From Rhodosorus marinus CCMP1338 (Eukaryota > Plantae > Rhodophyta), in the NCBI GenBank assembly GCA_029953675.1, contig JAMWBK010000009.1, positions 124,001 through 188,000 of the forward strand: a stretch of DNA of 64,000 nucleotides, in the 5' to 3' direction. This document shows positions 9,750 to 22,310 of this stretch, piece after piece. The notes beneath the pieces were generated by a model, which was not told the DNA's origin, ran no database searches, and was given only the letters and a program-made list of their open reading frames with translations. Made by a program: the position numbers and the translations under genes. Every line of letters begins with the position of its first letter. Position 1 is the stretch's first letter.

Positions 9750-12588
9750 ATGGCTCAGGTTCTCAACCCGGTCTCACCGGGACGTGTAAGAATGAGCCTG
9801 GCAGGCAGAAGCGAGCGAAACTTGCCTCTAAACGATGACCATGCGGAGAGAGAAAAAAATCGTGAACGGAGAAGGTCATCGATACACGGGCGGGTATCTC
9901 TTGGACAGGGCAGACGGGACTTGAGTGGGCAGGAAAGTCAAAAGTTGAGGTATTAGCCAGTTTCCCCATGGGCGTTGTATAGCCAGCGCATATTATTTCT
10001 ACAATCTGAAGCTGTGGTTATACCTTCTATCCTTGCAACAGCAACGAGTCACTTTCAGCTCTGTACTCTTCGACTGTCAAAATGCTTCAGGACAACAAAA
10101 TCAACGCCAAGAATTCATGGACATTGAACCTGCTGGATCACATTGACGATATCGTCCAGATAAATGATGAAAAGATGAAAGCAAGCGGCATAAAGACGAA
10201 CTTCCAAATGGCAGGGTGCACGCTTGATGCCGGCGCTCGAATCTACTCCCACCGCGTGGACTCTGTGCACAACAACGTCTTCAGAGTAAGAAACAATGTC
10301 TTCATTGCTGAACGTTACGCTTGAACTTCGTAAGCAACAGTTCACTCTTCTAATCTGCGTATTTTCTCCTCTTCGTCCCAGGTGCGAGGTGGACTGCTGC
10401 TCGGCAGGGATGACGATGAAGCTGAAAAACAGGCAGACGAGAGAAAGGATGGTGAAGGGAAGAAAACTACTAGAAGCGCTGTTGTGGGGTCAACCTTGGA
10501 GACTAACATTGCCAACATCACAACTACGAAGGTGGGTTCTCAGCATGGAAACTACTCTGTGTGATTTAACTTTCCTCGAGTGACCAAACATTTCTGTACG
10601 GCTCGACCGCAAACTTCCGCAGGTTGATATTGACTATGGTGTAGATCCACTTTTTCAAAAAATGTCTGCCGCTTTTGACGAAGGCGGAGCTCGAGGAATG
10701 CTTTTGAATACGTTGAGCATTGGCGCTGGGTGCGAAATCATCTTTGATTCCAATACGATCTACGACGACGTAAGTTTTCGGTGTTGTCAGTAACAGGAGG
10801 AACTGGACTGCTTCTCATGCAGACCATTTACAAGAGATTTGAAAACGTCTCTTTCTTTGGTTTACCAGGCCATGGCTGTTCGCTCAGACTCAATTGTGAA
10901 CAGCGAGAAATTCTACGATTTAGGAGATGTCGCAGATATGCTTATCAAAGACCTTGAAGATGATCACAAGTTTGTTGAAGGGTTATGCCCCGTTTTCACG
11001 TCCTACCGTGAGTCGAGATTGAAGGGTATAGGTATGCAGTGCTTCTACAGTATTCGAAATTCTCCTTCTTAGCACCGGTCAAGAAGTTATTTATAACCCC
11101 ATAACCTTCTCCGTGGACCATTTCAACAAGTAGCTCTGGATCCGGTAAACTACGAAGACTCAGTTGTCGATAACGTGGACCTCGGTTTCGAGTATGGAGA
11201 AGGAGAGTTTGATACCGCTATGGATGCTGAAATGGATCCTGAAGTATTGCTGAAGGAAAAGATGTTGATTGCCTCTCTTCGGGAAGATGCTGAGCTCAGC
11301 GGTGAGCTTGTTGCCCAGAAGGAAGATGGCGGTAAGACCGATTTGCATCAGTAGAACAGCCACAAATACGTGAAACGCCACTGCCCTTTACCATTACCTT
11401 GATCTGACAAAGTGTCCCGCCACGTATATCTACAATGTTTACCAATTCTGCAGAGCCAGAAATTGAAACAGCTCAAGTTGAGGAGTCTGCAGTTCCCGCC
11501 GATTCCCTTCTTTTCAGTATCGACAACTTCCGTGGATGGGCTGGACCTTCTCACTGGCGATTCCGTGGCGGTCTAGGTCCAGCCCCGGATGCGAAGTCGA
11601 AGCATGCTCAGAAGGAAAAAAGACCGAGGGTGAGCCCCGTATATTGCCTTCGCCTTGCTTCGAAAGCCCAGTCAATGGAGAACTCAACCGCGCTCTGCAT
11701 ACAACGTTTCAGGGAAAGACGGCTAAACTTCTAGATTTCGAATCTGAGGTTGTAGATGTCGACTTTGCCGCCGAATTCAAGCCCATGAAGAATGGAGGAG
11801 AACTATCCGAAGGCGTTCTCCAGAAAATGAAGGAGAAGAAGAACACTTTGCCCGATGATCTTCACTACACAACGCTCAACCTGACGAAGCTGTATACAAG
11901 ACCAGAAATTTCAATCATTGCTCGGAAGAAGGATCGCCTCGCGGATACCAACGATGTTGACGTTGGTGGGTAGAGACGCATAGCGCTATCCAAACTGACC
12001 TGAGCTTTAAAAGCTCATGATCGACATTGTTCCTTTGGTTCCCTGTTGTTCCGCAGGCATCGATGGCGTCTATGACTACTACAACGACTGCGACAATGAA
12101 AACTTCTGTCCGGCGGTTAATGGTGTTGATGATGGGGATGCTCGTGAGGATAACCCTTACGGAGATACGCAGCTGAACCTTGTAGATGAACCAGAGATGG
12201 TTTCCAAAGTCGATATTAAGTACGCAACAGTTGCGAAGAAACTCGATGTCCGAATTCTCAAAAATTCGATCTGGGACGATCTGTGCGACAGCGAGGAAGT
12301 TACGGAGAAGAACGTACAGGAAGAAGGGGTTCAAAGATCGCTGCAAGAAGTCGTAAGTGAGAAACCGCCTTTGCCCTTGAATCGAACAGAGCATACTATA
12401 CTCCTGGCCTAAAGTGTTTACTGTTCTTCGCACAGGTCCAAGACCTACCGAGGCATGTTCCCAAGACGGAAATGCCAGATGTATCTATTTCTTACGTCTT
12501 CATTTGCCTGCTGCATCTAGCGAATGAGAAAAATCTCAAGGTTACCGGATCTGAGGATCTATCAGATCTCACCATTGCTGCAGAATGA
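9750..12588 (+). CDS. NCAPH: Condensin I kleisin subunit CAP-H/Barren, multi-exon
   Basis: NDDHAERE; LQDNKINAKNSW; NFQMAGCTLDAGARIYSHRVDSVH; DPLFQKMSAAFDEGGARGMLLN; WAGPSHW; IKYATVAKKLDVRILK; SISYVFICLLHLANEKNL; TGA 12586-12588. Start codon approximate. Confidence 0.95.
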
Positions 12589-13090
12589 TTGATTTTATCC
12601 GGTTGCTAGTGTAGCTAGTGGCTAGTTGTTTTCGTGAACTACTCTACTAATAAGCAGACATTTGGAACTCGAAAACTTGCCTCCATGCGAACCCGAGCTG
12701 AGGACCACGGAGTCAATGTACCGAATCTCAGTGCGGTCTCCGTACCAACCCATTCTATAATTAGTATGGGGTAACTTTAGTCCTAGGTTGCTGCCTAGTC
12801 AACCACTCTATGATTCGATCCTGGCAAAAAGTTTGCATGAACGTGTCCTGGTCCAGCCACAGACTGACGCTCATGCCTTTCAAAATTCAAGGATCATCCG
12901 CCATATGGGGACGAACCACAAACTGGGCTGCTCTGGAATATTTGGGCAACACGTGCTCGGGAGTACATGGACGATTTAGGAATGAAGGAGGGGGAGCCTA
13001 ATGGACGAGGCTTGTCGCGGATTCTTTCCGAAGCTCTCGCCGTCATTAAGAGTCCCAGCAGTAATGAACAATGCGTTTCGGCCCGAATTT

Positions 13091-13800
13091 CTATTTCAGC
13101 TGCTCCTCAAGATACCAGTAGTCCAAACCCCGTCCTTTCTCGGTCCTCATCGCTGGATTTATGGAGCTCTGCGCTGCCAATGTGGAATCGATCTGGTTCT
13201 ATAAGGTGCGTAAGGGTTCTATCCATAGGTGCATCAAGTCTCAGCACTAGTTGATACTTTTGGGGGACTGCTGTGGCCTATAGCGTTCCGGGTCCGCGGG
13301 AGGACTATACCCAACAGAGGATCCAATCCGTAGCCGTCCAAGTACTAAGGAGCATTCATGAATGACTTGAAGGACATGAATGATTTCATTGTCGTAATGA
13401 AGGATAACTGCACAAGGCCACACGATTGCATTGTAACGAGCAACGATTCTCAGAGGAACCGTTCGTAGTGTGGTGGGTCTCCGCAAGGCTTGTTTCCGCG
13501 ACTTTAAAGAATTCAGGAGAGTTACTCTGCAGCTCCTCCCGCCTGATTTTCCATTGCTCGCTCATGCACGGAAAGCACAAAGCAGTTTCCTACATATTCG
13601 ATTGAAATATTAGTTCCGTGGCAGATCCCCGATTTTCGTTTCAGAACCTCCTCCTGCTTAGCATACCCGACCGTAATAGCTCCAAACAGCAGGTGAGCGT
13701 AGTGCTTCTTCCCCACCTCGCCCTTCCAGCAGCATGGAGCTACATTGGCCCTATTACAAATCAGAGAAAAAATCAATGGCGTGCAACCTCGCACTTATAC
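13091..13800 (-). CDS. Hypothetical spliced protein
   Basis: Plausible terminal exons YLDGYGLDPLLGIVLPRTRNAIGHSSPPK|NQIDSTLAAQSSINPAMRTEKGRGLDYWYLEEQLK* joined by a GT-AG intron; 5' end unresolved; no family recognised. Confidence 0.3.
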
Positions 13801-15061
13801 TTCCTGACTGCTGAACAAATTCTCGATAAACCATTGGTCCCGATTCAGGAATACAAGATCTCTATTGGCTTCTCCATGCCGACGACGACGAACATGAATT
13901 TCAGAACTAACTAGAATGCCCTAAACAGCAATGGCACAGCATTCCCAGATTCTGAATATTGAAATCTACCCGAAATCTTCATTGGCTCCACAAACCCCTG
14001 CGCTTACGCTTTGAACGGCAAAATGTGATCCCTTCAAAATATATTTTTGAAATTGATACTCTGTCATGAAGGAAAAAAAGCTGACATTACGCAAGATACA
14101 CGGCCAACCCCTTATGCTTCCATGCACAGGCTCCGCCAATGGCCTGTCAAAGCTCACACATACATAAGAAACAAACCTCATTAGGGAAATGAAAATTTGG
14201 AAGGACAAGGAAAGGGGGCCCGACTGCGGATTAAGACTCGCTGGGTGCATTCCGAAACCGTATGAAATATATAAAGAAATAGAAAGGGCTGGCCAACAGT
14301 TTTGTTGATATTGTTAGGGGGTCTGTTTAAAGAGAAATCTCACTTCTGCTAAATTGTATGATAGATGATCATTGGCCAAAGGTGCAATTTTTTTCACCAA
14401 TACAGTGCATTATTTGCTCTCGGCCGGCTGGAAACTACCAATCCCGATCGCGAGGTGCAATCCTGCATGATCTCGCTTCACCGGACTACGATAACTGAAT
14501 GAAATTTTGGATTCAAAAATCAATTTCCTGGACATCCAGGAAGGAGATAATTGTCCCTAAAAATTGAAATTTTTGCAAGGATTGATTCGTCACGCCGTAC
14601 GAATTCTTTTTTCCGTCATAATTCAAATCAAATCAAAATCGAAATATCTCTTTTTATTTCTAAAATTAGTTAGTATGCTTCCAATCAGAATATAAAACGT
14701 TCAAGGGACGACTTTTATAAGCATCGGCGCGGATTTGCAAGGGAAAAACCTATTTTGTAGATTGGCAAGCTGGGCTTTATACTGGAAGTACAGTTTCACT
14801 TAAGTTTTCTACGGTGTAATTGTGTCTCTCGTTCGTCATGCCTTGAAAACGCACCTCTTGCTCTGTGCAGAGCAGCGCCGCAAACCGAGATACCTACCGC
14901 ATATATATATAAAGGCAACGCAGAGATAGGGTAATCCCATTTTTCCAAGGAGGAGGCCAAGGACCAAGTGTTTCTGGGTGTTCCCAGTTAGGAGAACGAG
15001 AGACAAGTTTTGTGTGTTTTGTTTTGTAGTATTGCTGAGTTGAGTAGAGAACCAGAGCAAA

Positions 15062-16887
15062 ATGCGGATGTTCAGAATTTTTTGTGTTGTGAGTGTGATG
15101 ACAGCTGTGCTCATGTCGCATCGAGTCATAGCACTGGAGAAGGGGTGTATGGGTAGCACACCGCAGGAGAAGAAACTGCTCTCAGGCGCGAGGAAGGTCC
15201 TGAACATGAACTGGATGTCTGAAATGAACTCCACCCTGCCGTCTGCCAACCTATACCCTCATCAGTGGTCGTGGGATTCGGCGTTCATCACCTTTGGATA
15301 TGCCCACTATGACATTGTAAGGGCGAAGGAGGAGATGAGGTAAGCGCCCATTCGTAGTCTGTCGTGCCATGTCTCGAGTCGTGACTTGCCCTAACCTGCT
15401 ACTTGATGTGTCGTGAATGTAGGTCTCTTTTCCGAGCGCAATGGAGGAACGGTCTCGTTCCGCACATAGTTTTCAACCCTCAAACTTCCGGATCCTACTT
15501 CCCTGGACCGAAGTACTGGAAGACCAACACTAGCCCGCACGCAGTCCACGACCCGGAGACTACCGGAATCGTACAGCCCGCTGTCCACGCAATTGCGGTT
15601 CTGAAGACATACGAAGCCAGCGGTGACATCGAATACTTGAAAGAAATGTTCCCTCTGCTGAAGAAATGGCACGACTACCTTTATCGGGAGCGCGATGTTC
15701 ATGGAGAGCATCTAGTGTTTGTCAGACACCCCTGGGAGACGGGGATGGACAACGCACCTTCGTGGGATGATGCTTTCAACAGAATCGAACTGAAGGATGG
15801 AGACGTTCCACCGTACAAAAGAGCAGACAACAAGCACAGTGACGTCGACGCTTCGGATCGACCTACTGATTTCTACTACGATCGATACGTTTATCTGATG
15901 AAGATTTTCTACGACAATAACTATGATGAGGCTGAAATCGCTGCCAAGTGCCCGTACCTGATTCAGGATGTACTGTTCAACACAATCCTCAGCAAGGCCG
16001 AGGATACACTGGCGGATATTGCTGTCTTGGTCGGCAAGCCATCTAGGGAATTCAGAACCCGCGCAGGAAAAACTCGAGCAGCCATACTTAAGAAGATGTG
16101 GAATGCTGAGGACGCCGCTTTCTATGATTATGATCTGTATTCTAACGAAGTGGTAATTTTTTTCGGAAGCACTACGCATATGCCCTTAGTTGTCCTTAAT
16201 GCACACCAGCTAATCCATTCTCATTTGCACTTCGTCAAACAGATTAAGAAGAGAATTGGCGGAGCGATGGCAGGAATCTACGGAGTCACTCTCCCGAGGA
16301 ATGACATGAAAAATTTCTTGGCTGTGCTCGACAGCGAGGAGGCAATGGGGCGGCTAGGAAATCAGACCGGTTTCCCGCTGCCCACGATGCTAACCAACGA
16401 GGAGACATATATGCCTAACAATTACTGGCGAGGTAAGTTCGAGCGGCACCTAGTTAACGAAACCAGAGGAATCTGAAGGTTGAGGTTTGTCTGTGCAGGG
16501 CCAGTGTGGATAAATATTAACTACATGGTGATCGAAGGACTCTTGAGCTACGGCACGGAAGAGGCGCTGGAGACAGCACAATACCTTTTCAAGAAAACCC
16601 TAGACTTGGTACAAATTGGTGGCTTCTTTGAATATTTTTCGGCTTTGGATGCATCCCCACATGGGGGCGGGGACTTTTCTTGGACAGCGTCCCTGGTCGT
16701 TGATATGATCTGCGACCCCGACAAGCACGAAAGGTTGACGGCAGCTAATGCCGCCAGCAAGGGATCTGAAGTACTATACTTTTCCGGAATCACAATCTCA
16801 GTTTTGATCGGAGGTCTAACCGTAGCAGTCATTCGAAAGCGATCAAGAGGTGGACAAGTGAGCACATATGACCAAAAACAAGCTTAG
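15062..16887 (+). CDS. GH63 mannosylglycerate/glucosylglycerate hydrolase-like, with signal peptide and C-terminal TM anchor
   Basis: LYPHQWSWDSAF; AQWRNGLVPHIVF; YFPGP; TGIVQPAVHA; HPWETGMDN; YWRG|PVWININY; GFFEYF; GGGDFSWTA. Hydrophobic N-terminus; YFSGITISVLIGGLTVAVIRKR near the C-terminus. First intron 15340-15422, two further introns. Confidence 0.9.
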
Positions 16888-17927
16888 TGGCTGAGGGTGC
16901 TCTGGACGGATCTTAGCCGGCTCTGAGCTAATTATTGGCGTCCACTCGTCTTTTAACTGGTCCTGTTAACCCAGAGAGTAGCCCCGTCAGACGCCGCTGA
17001 GAGCATGGACAGCATGCTGCAAAGTAGCGACTCTTAATAATGACGTGATCTGCGGAAAGAGGACCGCGACAAAGCTTCAGCTGTTAGTTGCGAAATCCAA
17101 CTCTTCAAGTTGACAAACTATTTTGGTTCTTACTTCAAATGCGTTACATTCAAGAAACAATACAACAACTGTTCAAAGAACGTGATTTGATTTCTGCACT
17201 TACCTACATACACAGACGTCGTTGAACAGCACACAGCCTGAAGCTCGAGCAAATCTGGGTGGGATATCATTCGGGTCTCTGAAGCAGCCAGTCCCCTCGG
17301 GATAGGCACCACCAATTTTAGCAACTAGAACGCAAAATGTAACGAGCTGGCCTTTACAGCCACATTTCCGCCATTTCCGCCATCAAGGGAGGTTTCGTAA
17401 CAGACTGGCTGTGCTGTCCAACGACAACGCGCTGAATGCCACCTCTGTCTACCCTGTCTCGAGTTTGTGTGTGTCAATGGCTGAAGGTTATCAAAGGAGT
17501 GAAGCCGAGGCGGATGCAAGGACTGAAACAGGGTGTTCAATAGCGGCACTGAGGCAGTCTGTTCACAGGAAACGCTTCATGTACATACTGCACGACGTGA
17601 ATCCAAAACCCATGGTCCAAGCGAACGTAGACAGGCAGATAACGATTCACAGGAACACATCAGCTTCCTTTCGAAGGGCACAGTTGAGTTTCTCTTCGCT
17701 CCGAGTGGGGTTATCCGCTCTCATACACTGCTCAATAGGGCATTGGTGGTGGTGTCAACATCGGTGGGTAGATTCCAGTCTTGTTCTTTCTGTGGAAGTG
17801 CTACTCCCCTCGCACACGTCGATGACTGTCAAGCTTCAGATCAGAAATTCAAGCGGGTTCTGAGTTTGTGAAAGTTCGCGAATGAACGTTTTATTCTTGT
17901 ACGATTGATCCGCGTCACAGAAAAAAA

Positions 17928-18309
17928 GTGGAGTGGGTAATCGTGTTCCGCGTACTACAGACTGTGTTCATCCATCCAGGGCAAATCGCGGCTTCCTGGA
18001 ATCCGTTTCTCTCGCAATCTCGACGTTGGGACAAGCTTCATGAGGCAATCGCAAACCAAACCCTCACAAGCCATCTGGGGTCGATCTTCATTCGCACCCA
18101 AAACTTGAATTCCTTTTTTGTCTTTGGGCTGGTCATCCTACTCGGGATTGGGTTCATGGTTGGCGCTGGGTAAGATTCATCATCGACTACCATCGTGGAC
18201 TTGCTTTACAAATCGGAGCTTTCGTTTTATTCGAGCAGGTCATGGGGATTTCGATCCGATGATTCTTGATCGTGTTGAAAGAAGTATTGCATTGGAGCTT
18301 GGCGCTTGA
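17928..18309 (+). CDS. Possible small membrane protein (spliced), unassigned
   Basis: FFVFGLVILLGIGFMVGAG followed by a gtaag...gcag intron and GHGDFDPMILDRVERSIALELGA*; start unclear. Confidence 0.3.
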
Positions 18310-18395
18310 GGCGGGTTCTGTTGAAGATGTGTTTGAACTGGACGGGTTGAACCGGGGCCTTTGGACCTGAGAGTAATGGTTGGAGTGAATAGGTG

Positions 18396-20190
18396 ATGAC
18401 GAGCAGCTCACTGCCTGTCAGCAATGAGGAGTTTGGAAGGCTTGTTAGCCGGTGGAGTGGGTTGTTTCGTTCTGGAGGGAGGGTAGGTGGAACTTCAAGG
18501 GTGACAGTATGGGTGAACGGCTCGGCATCGTCGATTGCTCTTGCGGTTCTTGCTGCGAGGCACTTCAAGGAGCATGAGGAAGCGAAGGTGTCAGCAGTGA
18601 TTACGCCGATCGCTGAGAAAGTCGATGAGCTCGATGCTCTTGCAGACGGCCTCCGGAAGCTTGGGGTTGACGCGTTTCTAGCCAGTTACAACTCGGAGAG
18701 CGCTGTTCATAAGCTCTCCAATTTTGGATCTCCTTCTCAGTTCTGCTTCTTCTTACGGGAGTCTGCGAGACTAAACGCTCACTCAGTGCTCACATGGCAT
18801 TCCAGGGATCACCAAATGTACATCCATGCTCAGAATCTGAAGAAGGCGGCTCGTACCGTTAATTTTACCCTGCCTAAGGCCGTTTCAGAGGTCGATACCG
18901 CTCCTAGAGTCCACAAGGGTAAGGATATCTGGCACTGATCTCAGGTTTTGGGAATACCGACGACTCTAATGACCTGAATGCTTTGTTTCGTCGCGCAAAT
19001 ACCTACATGTAGGCGGCCGTTTGCAGAACGGCTCGTTCAATGTGCTTCGACCGTTTTTGTCGGTCTCTAGCAGCAGGCTAGAGGCAACCTGTAAAGAGCT
19101 TGGATTGAACCCAATCGCATCGGATCAGCAGCTGTGCTGGGAAGTTGCCAAAGGAATGGCGATCTGTGAGAGGTTAACGGAGGAAGAGAAAAGAGGTCTC
19201 GATATCTCTAGACGCACAGCCGATGAGCTTGAAAGGCGGAGCGAGGCTCTGTGCCAAGACTTTCTCCAGGATGTCATATTCGAGTGCGACGATCAAGGTA
19301 TGATAGTCATACATCGGCAGAGAGTCAGAGATCATATTGCGCAGGCTCCGTCGATTATAAGAACCGCGAGGAACTCCTTGGTCAAAGCTATCACAGCTGC
19401 GTCCGGGAAGCAATTACAATCGCTGCGGCGATCCAAAGTAGATGCGCTATTCAAGTCGATCTTCCTGTCGAAGGTTCCCAAGGGGAAAACTTTAGGGAGG
19501 GTCCAAATCCAACCCCAGACGAAGTCTTGCAGGTATGTTCAGAGACATAACTCGGAACTGATCATCAACAGCCCAGGTCCGGCCTCTAACCGTGCGGGTC
19601 GACAAGAGTCCATGTTCGAGAGCGGAGACCTGGTTGCGATGTTCCGGGAGAGGGGATTTTTTCGGACGGCTGGACGGTTGCCAGGCTATGCCGTTCCTCT
19701 CGGGGACAACGAGATGAGAATATGGGACTGGCGATTTGTCGTGGGAGCATTCACCAAACCCCCAGCAAAGCTTATGTGGCCTTCCAGGGCGGACGGCGGA
19801 ATGTATGCGAAGGAGCTCTACGACGATTCACAGGCCCGCCGTTTGGTGCCTCGGGATGTACTGATGACCCTACTCGACGAAATATGTGAGGATCGTAGTC
19901 TCTCTCCCGGTCCCGAGGGGAGAAAGCCTTTCATCGTACGCGCCGTCAACGAAAACGACATTGAGGACCTTCTACGCCGACACCCGCCGCTTCGCTATCA
20001 ACTTGAGATATTTCCGCCCGAGCTCTTGAAAACCATACCCTGCGTTCAACGCCATGGCGAACTTCTTGCCATTCCTACTCTGGGAATAAACTATGAGCCA
20101 CAAATGACGTTCGCAGCTCGACTGATCCATTATCCCAGTCAGCTGCCCGCGCGCATGCACCCTGCCTTCGATCTTGTACATTGGACATGA
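18396..20190 (+). CDS. TilS/MesJ (tRNA-Ile lysidine synthase)-like protein with degenerate PP-loop, 2 exons
   Basis: VTVWVNGSASSIALAVL at the PP-loop position; VLTWHSRDHQ; VLRPFLSVSSSRL; C-terminal IWDWRFVV and LKTIPCV...GELLAIP as in TilS/RSY3-type C-termini. The stop at 18938 lies within an intron (gtaagg...tgtag). Confidence 0.7.
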
Positions 20191-22310
20191 GAGCATCGAG
20201 TAAATGCATATCTTTGTACAGGGGCGTATGCCCAATTGACCAACATTAAAGATGAATCTACGCCATGCATTGCGTACCGGCGGCTGCACACGAACACCAG
20301 CAATTTTCAGGAGGCGGAGGTCCTTCTCCTGATGTGAAGCCTCGCCATCACTCCCAACAAAAATGATCACTCTTGCCGGGTGCATTCCTCAACTGACCGC
20401 GACTCACCCGTTCACAGCCGGCGGACCCATACGTGCCACAAGCCGCAGCAACGACTAGAATGCTGAACTCCAGAAGGACTGTCAACTTATGGAGGGACTA
20501 GTGCCACACATACGGGTTCCCTTACTAACCCCCCATGCTATGTCATTGCAATTGAAATCTTCTCGCGTAAGTCATAAGCCAGACTCTCCAATCACCAGGC
20601 GCCGCTTCCATTTTCCGTTATTTGCCACTTGACGCAGAAGAGCTTTGGTGCCCTCAATTCGATGCATTCCAACCATCAAAATTCCCCCCATTTTTTTTTT
20701 GAGCCTGACTCAAATCAATCAACATCGGAGAGAACTCCAATATTGATTGAGTTCAATCGGCTTCGCCAGATAATTAGATTGTAATTCTGTAATTCTTTGG
20801 AATCCACTTAGGCGGTGTCTCGGAAAAAATGATCCTCCGCAGAGGACTTATTGTTAGGGCTTCATAACAAATTATTCTTCCGGTGTACAAAGAGACACGT
20901 GGGGAGGGTTGATACGGTAGTTCGTCATTGTATTCAGGTAGTTATTGGCAGAAATCTGGAGTGCTTGATGTCCGCATGGAATAAGAAATTAGGGGGGGTA
21001 CGGTTGAAGCGCAGAGATAAATTGTTTCAAATTTTCAGGAGCAAGGAAAGGAAGACAATCACTAGGGGGGTCACGAAGAACACACCTGTATTTCGGTACC
21101 GTGTTTTTTTTTTACCTCAACCGATCTCGGAGAGCATATTGCGTAAGTTCATTGGTTATGATTGAACAGCTTGAACGAATAGATAACCAGAAAGCATGGT
21201 TTGGTACTCAGGCATCAGAGAAATTTTGAAACGAGGTAATGTTTTCAAGCGGCTTATCCGGTGGTAGGATTTTGTCTTTTTGAGGTTTCAAGGGTTAAAA
21301 TTCTCAGCTATTGAACGGGGGTTGTGGGGGGGGCGCCGGGGATTGAAACGGATAAAGAGGTATCCCAATCCGTTTTGCTTTTCTGTTTTTCTTCTGTTTT
21401 TCTGGAATTTTAATGTTGAATTGCTGAATATTGAGGCCAGCCGGTTCTCAGCTGTGGTCCTTTTAGATCAGCTCAAGCACCCCGGTAATGAAAACTCAGA
21501 ATTTGCACGTTGGATCTAACTGGATCTCTTGTTAAGGGGTAGGCGAGAGTCTTACTGTGCTAAAAGAATCTGGTATACAGGAAAACTGATAAATTTGTTA
21601 CGTGAAAGTGTTTTAGTGCCTGCATTAAGTTGATTGGTAGGTTGCAAGCTGGTGAACCCCTAAGGTCCCGACGCTAAGCAAAATCGGCCATGAGCGATAA
21701 GGGATACCCATTTCTTGTGGAAAATGCAAAGGCCCATAATTTGTTGGATGGCCTAGTGGTTCTCCTTGGGCCCGCTACAATTGAGGTGGGAAGAAATACT
21801 AGAACGACTTATAGGAAAAAAAAACAAAAAAACAGAGGGGAGCCGTTCTCGAGTGTGTATTGTATTGTACAGCCTCCGAGAGTCCCAGTGGAAACGGGTT
21901 AGGGGGTTGGTGGGCAGATCCCTTCTATCTTGTTTGGACCAAAACCGCTTCTTCTGAACTCAACAGTGGTTTTCAAAGGAGTGGGTTTACGGGGAGGGGT
22001 TAGAGAGGGGGGGGTTGGGGGTTATCGGATTCTAGATGCCCTTGTTGATGTGAATTAGTTTTGGTTCGGTTGACGTCTGGCGATCTGCAAGCTGGTTTTC
22101 AGTGTGCAAGGAGCGATTTGCTGAAAAATAAGCTGGTGTCCGGTGGTGAGAACGAAGTGAGGATTTGCAAGGTTCGACCCAATGTGCAGCTGGGGGCTGG
22201 GGAATCGATAAGGATTGGTGGGTCAGTTGCGGCGGAAAGGGCAAAGCTAAAGCTTTTTTTTTTTTCGTGTGGGGAGGTAGAAAAGTGAGACGGTTTCTCC
22301 CCTCTTAAGC

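Noticed and set aside
17690-17830. Minus-frame HRC*HHHQC with in-frame TGA (selenoprotein?)
   Set aside because: No start context, family similarity or recognisable SECIS; most likely chance.
18900-19020. Stop codon splitting the TilS-like ORFs (pseudogene?)
   Set aside because: The stop falls within a GT-AG intron; the spliced frame is open.
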